12,946 bases of DNA, from assembly GCA_043228905.1 (NCBI GenBank), contig JBHGNT010001011.1:1-12946 (forward strand), read 5' to 3'. Made by a program: the position numbers and the translations under genes. The notes beneath the pieces are model-generated. The model was not told the origin of the DNA and did not search any database. It saw only the letters and a program-made list of their open reading frames with translations. Below are positions 1 through 7,800 of this stretch, one piece after another (position 1 is the first letter of the stretch; every line of letters begins with the position of its first letter). Source of the stretch: Azolla caroliniana (lineage: Eukaryota > Plantae > Polypodiophyta).

Positions 1-170
1 ACACGGTCGGTGTGGCCATGTAGATCTTGAATCAAACTCATACTATGAATCTCGTCTTCCATTTCCTTCCTACTTCTCTTTCTTTGGCTGTTGTTTTTGA
101 TCGCTATGAATTTAAGTTCAAAACAAAAGTCAAGGAAGCAAGCCAATAGTATGTAATTATTGGATACATC

Positions 171-293
171 TTCTTCTTCTTCTTCCTCTAAGAATTGTCT
201 TACCATCATATTCTACCTTTAGCTCCACTTAGCTATGTTCCGAGACGAGTTCCAATGGAACAAAATGATGGACGGCTTCTTCTTCTTCTTCTT
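171..293 (+). repeat. Two short (CTT)n microsatellites (171-185, 276-293)
   Basis: Read directly from the sequence. Confidence 0.85.
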
Positions 294-628
294 CACACGA
301 TGTGAATGTATACATATATCACCTCGCCCAATGGGAAACGCTCGGAAACACCCCTTGTTACATGCATAACCATAATTGATCATGAGATAGCTATTCTTTA
401 GTTTTTGATTGATCTTATGATGAGTATGTACGTCCTTCATTACGAACGGAGCGAGGGTATCAGATGAATATTACAATTCTACGGTGCTAAATAAATTGTT
501 GAGTGCGTTATCATTTGACCACTTCGTATGAAGCAATCATGTGTGAACATGTCAGGGCCTAGGGTTTTTGCCTATATAAGAAGACTAGCTACCTTCTCGT
601 CAACGAGAAGCTTGACCTATATTGGGAC

Positions 629-2300
629 TTCTTTTCTTTTCTTTTTTCCAAAAAAAAGCTCCTTCCATTAGTTATAAAATTGTACATATGAGATTAGTAT
701 ATACAAATCCCTGTAGGGACACGATAGGTCCATCTTATGTGGATGCCCACCAACTCAATAAAGGGGGAGGACGACCATTGTTGGATGAAGGCTAGTCTAG
801 TCATTGTCTTTTAACTCCATCGGAGTCACCCTTGAGGCCATCATAGTGGCTCTTTAGAGTGGCTACCACTTCACTCCATATCTCTTGCATTAACACTATT
901 GGCTGCACGGTTTGGTTGGAGAAGACCCGTCTACACCGTTGTTTCCATAGAATCCAAAGAGTTATTGGGCTGACCAATTCCAACACAACTTGAGACTTGG
1001 CATTGATAGGAGTTGAGTGGACATTGTCGATGGTGGAGAAAAAAACCTTTTGTGCTTTTATAACCAAAGTCATCCCCTCTTCCTAATTCTCATATCTGTC
1101 AACTGGGGCCTGTCGTGATAGCCAACATACATTCCCCCGCTTGATTGAGCCTTGCACTTGGCATAATTGCAATAAGCGGCCAACCCCCCGCCATATTCAA
1201 TGGGACTATGGGCAATCCCATAGAGTCTGTCGTATTGATTCTACTACAGTTGGATACGCTACACAATTAGGAGAGTTGAGGTTCCCACACTGCCATGCAC
1301 CAACCGGTAGTGAATTATGTATTAACAACGATTGGAAAGTGGTGATTCGCCTCGCGTGTTGTTGTTTCCAGAGTTTCTGCCAAAACTTGGTGATAATTGT
1401 GTTAAGAACATGATATGTTTTCCAAACCTTTGCAGCAACCGGATATTGAGCGGTTATAATATGGCGACCCAATCTAGTTGTGAATTGAAAGAAAGGGATA
1501 GGTTTGCTTCCTTGCCCCGCATAAGGATCACACCATGTCCATTGTAAAGGGTCCCAACTAACCTTACGTAGTCATGTGTTTTCATGAGTACATATGTGTC
1601 AATCTGGTTGTACTTTGATAATATCAGGATCTACAATCCATTTATGCCCAGTATATGCTAGTACTCGAATTGCCTTACGCGCTGTGTTGATGCCTCATTG
1701 TCCTGCAGCTTAGAGCCTTCGATCCTGTCCGATGTGTCCCTACCTCTTGGGAGCAAAGAGCCCTCCTCCTTGTAGCCTATCCATTTCTCCATTGTCGTCC
1801 TTTGATGAGCAGCTTCCCTAATCAGTAGAGCGTTAATGATTTCAAATCTCATAGCCCATCTGCGCCTAATTCCACGGAGGATGTTGGCATGGTCTTGCAT
1901 TGGCAATGACATAAACCGTCTCCAACATTCTATACTTTTCCCTAGACCGTCCGACATGTATCCCCATGACAACCCCTTACTTGATCCAATTAGTTGATTA
2001 GATTCATCCCTAATACATGGGTTCCAAAGGATACGTTGATTGAGCCAGGCAGGTTCAGAATTGGGTTGATCGCACTTGAGTCCTCATCTAATGTCACACC
2101 ACGCCTTCCACATGGATGCACTAAATCTATCCTCCAGTTGGCGGGAGAAACTAGGTTTGAGATCCATGTTTAGAATCCATCCAGTTTGGGGGGCCCAATT
2201 GTTCCCTTTTCATGTCCTAAAGTAAGTGAAGCGTAACCGCAATAACATTTTCCGGCAGTAATTCCCTGGTTGGAGTCCTCGCACCACAAATTTTGATTGT
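629..2300 (-). mobile_element. Decayed, 5'-truncated L1-type LINE: ORF2 C-terminal half, 3' UTR and A-rich tail
   Basis: Minus-strand translation, broken by stops and frameshifts: SKFVVRGLQPG...SMWKAW...QRILWNPCI (about 2300-2010); zf-RVT-like FWQKLWK...FQSLLIHNSLPVG...C..Y....ESIRQTLWDCP (1472-1206); ITLWILWKQRCRRVF (about 970-920), resembling the plant L1 W.IWK.RN..IF motif. A(n)/GAAAA tail at 629-647. The 5' boundary is approximate. Confidence 0.85.
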
Positions 2301-2519
2301 GACTCTTGATAGTTACACACGTGTCATCCTTGCAAAACCCAAGGTACAACCCGCATCAACACTCGACGGTATGAGACATTGAAGAGATTTGGGTCCATTT
2401 CGCACCGTCGCTTATGGGTGGTTGGGTGGGTCAAGAGTTTCAGATCCCTCGTTCCTATTTCACTCACTAATTAGTTGGAATCTAACACATGTCCTCTCTT
2501 AGAGTTGCCATATTGTCTA

Positions 2520-3025
2520 GGGTATATGTGAAGTTGGATGGTTTGCACTACCATCATTTTTGTTTTATCCACATTTATAGTTAGTCCACGACTTTGGCAA
2601 AATGTTTTAATGCTCGAAGTAAACATTGCATACCATCACTATCATATGAAAAGATAACCACGTCATCCGCTTTAAAAGCAATAAACAAACTTGTTGCATA
2701 AGTTTTGGGGCATCTAATCCTTCTTCTCTTACAACCCTGTTCACAACTTCTTCCAATTTATCAATTTATAAACCAAAGAGTGTAGGTGATAGTGAGCATC
2801 CTTGCTTAACCCCCATGTTACTTAAAAAAGTATTATGAGAAATCATTCTCAAATTTTAGTTGTCATCTAACTTGCTCGTATAATCGTGCAATAACAACTC
2901 GATACTCTAATGGCATGCCAATCTCCACCATTCTATACCAAAGCTCAGTTCGTGGGACAATAAAGTGTCATTCCTTGTAGTCAACTTTCTTCCATAATTA
3001 CTCTTAACGTAACCAGATGATCCCA
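2520..3025 (-). mobile_element. Pseudogenised non-LTR reverse transcriptase fragment (RTE-like)
   Basis: Minus strand: DHLVTLRVIMEE (from 3022), VPRTELW, GVKQGCSLSPTLFG (2813-2772), ADDVVIF (ADD at 2670-2662), GLTINVDKTKMMVV. Several stops and frameshifts; the conserved D..KAFD motif is missing between TLYC and VPR. Not in the ORF track. Confidence 0.88.
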
Positions 3026-3794
3026 TGTGTGGATTGTTTTTGACAATGAGAAAATGTATACAATGTATGACAATGACGAGTCTTATAGTTTAGCTCACAC
3101 TCAAAACTACTCGACCAAGTGATTATCATAGAAAAGCAAGGTATGCAGTTGGTGTGTATGTGCATGAATTATTCATACATTTTTAGAGCATGTTTGCATG
3201 TAATAATGTTTTTCACCTTGCCCCCAATTCCACAACCAATGAGCATCTACCAAATCACGCATATTGAGACGTATACATGTTATCCCTCTCTATATTCACG
3301 AGATATTTTGAATGACTAATGTTTTGTCACAACACCCCAACACCCTACTTTGATCTACTTGATTTGATGATACACGTTATATGAGGTACGTGTAATTGAT
3401 CAATCCACATGCAAAGACTTGCTCTCTATGAACAATATGTGCATTTAGTTTTTTTGAAAGTGTGGTGATTCTCCAATAGTCCTATAGTTTCATGCGAACT
3501 AAAATTGATACATTTTTCATCTCCATTTCTTTTCCCTATATACCGGAGTCATAGATTGACACATACATGATATTCATGATGTTCGCCATGCGTAATATTC
3601 GTAATATTCAAGAATACAAAATGGCCCCAAGAATATTATAAAACCATTCATCTTAAATTTACACAAAAAAAAAGATTTGATTCACTAAAAATATAATTAC
3701 TTCATTATTAACTAATTAATCAAATAAACATTAATTAATTCAATAATCATTAATTAAATAGCTAAAGCATTAAATAACTCACTAATAATTAATT

Positions 3795-3946
3795 AATTAG
3801 GGTTTCGGCTAAAAGTAGGGTTTTATTAGAAAAACAGGCATTGAATAGAATGTAGGTGTCACGCAGAGAATGCAAAGGGATGCGAGGATACATGTCGAGA
3901 AGAAGAAATATGGTTGAAATTAGGCTTTTCAGCCAAAACCCTAATT
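3795..3946. repeat. About 22-bp imperfect inverted repeat enclosing about 110 bp; possible MITE-like element or telo-box pair
   Basis: AATTAGGGTTTCGGCTAAAAG (3795-3815) vs the reverse complement of 3925-3946, AATTAGGGTTTTGGCTGAAAAG. Confidence 0.55.
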
Positions 3947-4606
3947 TGTAGGCCGAGAATAGGATGCAGGGGGAGGTGAGGGTGTAATCATGCACAATGG
4001 TTGTTCCCCTCTTAGTTGTAGGTAAGTTAAAAAATATTTGCTTTATTTTTTTCAAAAAAAAGAAGCAAACGAATACTTGTAGATGCATTCGTATTCGTAA
4101 TTATTTGCATTTGTGGGGGAGGCCCCAGGAATGCGAATATGTCAATCTATGGCTAGTGCATAAATGGGGGACTTCCAACCTAAACATTGGGTCCACGAGC
4201 ATTGGAACACATTTGTTGCAACATTGAGCTGTAATACTTTGCCATGTACTAAGCAAAGGGTATCGAACAACAAAACATGACATTGGGAATGGCAAGCAAG
4301 CAAGCACATGCATCGAGATACCGACAAAATTCGGATTTCCATACAATTCAGCAGCGAAGAAAGAAAAAAGGCATGCATTTAGGCCTATTGAATCGATGGA
4401 CTATGTAATAACACATATATACATATGCATATCGAAATGTGCGCGGACAATTGGAATGGAGGAGAGCCCAATTAGAATGATGGGATTACCAACATAATAA
4501 ACATTGGATGGGAGGTATGTATGTATGTAATAATAATGTATATATATGATGGAGCGAATGGAAGAACAAAAACAAAGAGAAAAAGGAGATCTTCTTTCAC
4601 CGCCCA
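3798..4606 (+). promoter_or_regulatory. Putative ALG6 promoter motifs: telo-boxes (3798-3805, 3816-3823, 3936-3943), site II-like AGCCCA (4465-4470) and GCCCA (4602-4606), TATA-like run (4539-4546)
   Basis: Motif matches only. Telo-box and site II motifs are known from plant housekeeping promoters, but the TSS is unknown and such short motifs can occur by chance. Confidence 0.3.
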
Positions 4607-4614
4607 TTTGGAAA

Positions 4615-4708
4615 CCCCCCCCCTACACACACACACACACAGACAAAACTCCAAATTCAATAAACAAAGCTGTCTCTGCTCACACAGACACAGACACAGA
4701 CACAGACA
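4615..4708 (+). repeat. Simple repeats upstream of the ALG6 ATG: C9 (4615-4623), (AC)8 (4625-4640), (CAGACA)4 (4685-4708)
   Basis: Read directly from the sequence. Confidence 0.95.
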
Positions 4709-4719
4709 GAGATCCAGCC

Positions 4720-4825
4720 ATGGCGTCTCCCCTTCCCTCTCCTCGATTACAGTACGCGATCCTCGCCTCGATCATGTTCTTTGCGTTCTTCATCCGCCTC
4801 TTGGTCTCTCTTCACCCTTACTCAG
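4720..4825 (+). CDS. ALG6: ALG6 coding exon 1 (MASPLP...VSLHPYS-G), ending at a GC donor
   Basis: Hydrophobic TM segment followed by HPYSG. TCAG|GCAATT at 4825/4826 joins in phase 1 to 5722 and restores YSGAGTPP. The start codon could alternatively be 4546, 4549 or 4558 (same open frame). Confidence 0.85.
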
Positions 4826-7800
4826 GCAATTCATTCTCTCTCTCTCTCTCTCTCTACCTCTTTCTCTAGATTGGAAGCTTAGATGTCACAAGGAAAAAGA
4901 CGATTTTTGTTTTTTCTGTTTTCTGTCGATGGTATGTACGTTGCTAATCGAAACTTCAGACTTCGCAAAGAAAGACGCTTATGGCAATTGTTGGTCGAGC
5001 ATACGGAAACCTCAGATTTCATAAGTCGGAACGTGTTAACACGTTCGTGCGTGTTTCTGTGATACGTGTTCAGGAAAATGATGGAAACCCCAGATTTTCA
5101 AATAACGGTGTAAATGACTGTATGTCGATCTATGAAGGTTCTGGAAAATCCTCAGATTTCACAAAAGATGCTGTATCAGAGCATTCCTGATGGAAGTAAC
5201 ATCACAAGAAAGACAAGCTTACGAATGAAAGAACTGCAACTTTTACAAAATTGCACTATTAAAAACTTTTGTGTATTGTAGAAGACCCCAGTTTTCTTAC
5301 GAAAGAAAATGCTAAAACATTTTTTTGCATTGCTGACTAATAAATAAAAAACTAAATACATAAACACTCAATATTGGCTTTCAGTTGAAAGCCTAATTTC
5401 GAACACACAGAAATGTTCAACATCAACAGTCTTGCAGAAACTAAGATTTCTATCAGCACATGCTTTACATTGTTTTCTTCTGATAACTATGGTTTCTCCA
5501 TCAGCAACATACAGACACACTACCTTTATTTTACTTGTGAAGACTGAGTCTATTGACATGAGCAACCTACAGAAACTTCTAATCCTGCCTTTGAAAACTG
5601 ATGTTTTTTTAGAAATGCAAGAGGAGCATACAGAAATGTTTAGCATTTGTCTTCTTGGTAAAGCTGAGGTTTTTTCCATAAGCTAGAAAAATACAGAAAC
5701 GTTTACCATTTGTCTTTGAAGGTGCTGGCACACCTCCACGTTTTGGAGACTATGAAGCCCAGAGGCATTGGATGGAGATCACGCTTCACACTCCTGTGAG
5801 AGAATGGTATGTGAATACAAGCGACAATGATTTGCGGTATTGGGGTCTGGACTACCCTCCACTCACTGCTTATCAAAGTTTACTACATGGGATTGCCTTG
5901 AACGCCATGGATCCTCAATCTGTGGCTTTGCATACATCTCGTGGTTATGAAACTCCATCCAGGTATGTGTAATTCTTATGCTTGCAGTCAAATGGTCATT
6001 ATTATATATAGTGAGTTGCACTTAAGTTAGTATGCTTTTGTACCTTTCTTTGTTCAGTAGTGTGCTCACAAACTTGATGGGATCATTTTGCCAACATAGT
6101 CTTACATTTGAACTGCAGTTTCCCGCGTGTTAAAGTCTTCTTAATAGATCTCTACCCATTGCCTTTTGCATAACTCACTAAACATAACAGGTTTAACAAC
6201 ATTGCAGGACATTGTAGTAACATTACAGGACATTGTAGTAACATTACAGGACATTGTAGTAACATTACAGGAAGGTGCTCATAATGTCTATAAATTGCCG
6301 ATCAATCTTCAGTAATAGATATATTCATATGGAGATGTGGCGATGATCAATGGATGCACACATTGGGCTTGATAAGAAGTATCGATGAAATGATGAACTT
6401 ATATTCAATACAGTCTATCAAACTATTTCTGTCTAACAAATTATTGGAAATGATGAGCTTATATTCAATACCGTCGATCAAAATGCAGCATCAGCTAGAT
6501 CAATACAGATACTGAATGTGGGGATTTTTCATCTGTGCCATTAAGAAAATAGAAGTTTAGTGCATAATGTCTATATATTACCGATCGCACTTCAGTGATA
6601 GATATATTCATATGGACATGTGGGGATGATCAATGGATGCACCCATTGGGCTTGATAAAAAGTATTGATACAATGATTTCTGTCAAACAAACTATTGGAA
6701 ATGATGAGCTTATATTCAGTATAGTCAATCAAAATGCAGCAACAACTAGATCAATACAGATACTGAATGTGGGGGTTTTTCATCCGTGCCATTGAGAAAA
6801 TAGAAGTTTAGTGCATAAAATGTTGTGTATCCATGGAATGGCACTGGAAAAATTAAGTATCACAAGTTATTTATGTTTTTTCCCTTAAATCATGCATAGA
6901 TGGCTGGATATGTTTTGAAACCTGAGAAGAAATGCAACGTGCATCGAGTCGACTTTAAGTGTGCTGAACTAGATGATTGCTGAATATACAAATCTTTACT
7001 ATGAGAAGGCCACTTTTTGTTAGTGTACTAATTTTTCCACATCAGTGAAATTTGTAATTGCTAGTCACTTACATCTTTAGCATACTTTGGGAATCAGGAT
7101 AACTTGTGTTGTTTCTTTTGCTTTCTCCTCTCTAGACTTCTAAAAGTACTACTATACTTTCAATTCAATTTTAATTTCCCAGATTCAGGTGATTTATACA
7201 CATACTGACACGGTCATCTATTTTTATGTGAAAGACTTGGTATTGGATGTACGAGAAATGCATCCCTTCATGTAAAAGTTAGAAGCCAGTATCCAACTTT
7301 GTCATGTATAGAGTGTTCAATCCTAATAGAATGTTTTTGATTTGAAACATATCTGATGGAAATCTCTGTCTACTTCAGAGCTTGGCATCTGAAGTATTGA
7401 TCCTGTTAAAAGCTGTTCACCGAACCCCAAAATTCTTATAGATATTTGCATTCAAATGTAAGTGATGAATTGTGACTTTATGATAATGGACTTGGTCATT
7501 TATAGGGCATTCAATCCTAATAGCATGATTGTCATTTGGAACCATTCTGATGGAAACCTATGTTTACTTGAGAGCTTGCCATCTCAAAGTATCTGATCTT
7601 GATAAAACCTATTTGCCAAACCCCAAAATTTTTAGAGACATTTGCATTCAAGTTTTAGTAATGTATTGTGATCCTTATGATAATTGTAGCAAGATTTTGA
7701 TGCGTTGGACCGTTCTATCATCAGATGCATTGATATTTTTCCCTGCCGTTTTTGCGTTTGCTGCCATTTATTATGTTGGAAGGGAATTCAATGAGTTTGC

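Noticed and set aside
593-610. 8-bp inverted repeat CTTCTCGT-CA-ACGAGAAG
   Set aside because: It is too short, has a 2-nt loop, and is compatible with chance.
540-2486. Possible LTR interrupted by the L1 (CCTATATAAG near 570; ...AATCTAACA at 2486), with a weak TSD-like match ATTGGGACTT (621) vs ATTGTGACTC (2296)
   Set aside because: No second LTR, PBS or PPT is visible, and an 8/10 match is too weak to call without a repeat-library search.
4521-5024. 167-aa ORF overlapping ALG6 exon 1 (HRHRHR, SLSLSL)
   Set aside because: It is a low-complexity translation of microsatellites in another frame. Splicing from the GT at 4932 would be out of phase with exon 2.
6198-6272. CRISPR-like appearance of the 21-bp repeats
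   Set aside because: The units are head-to-tail with no unique spacers, the context is a eukaryotic intron, and there are no cas genes.
6595-6795. 66-aa ORF in intron 2, and similar short intronic ORFs (4981-5190, 5368-5679, 5432-5686)
   Set aside because: They lie in duplicated intron sequence, have no recognisable domain, and the equivalent frame is not preserved in the sister copy.
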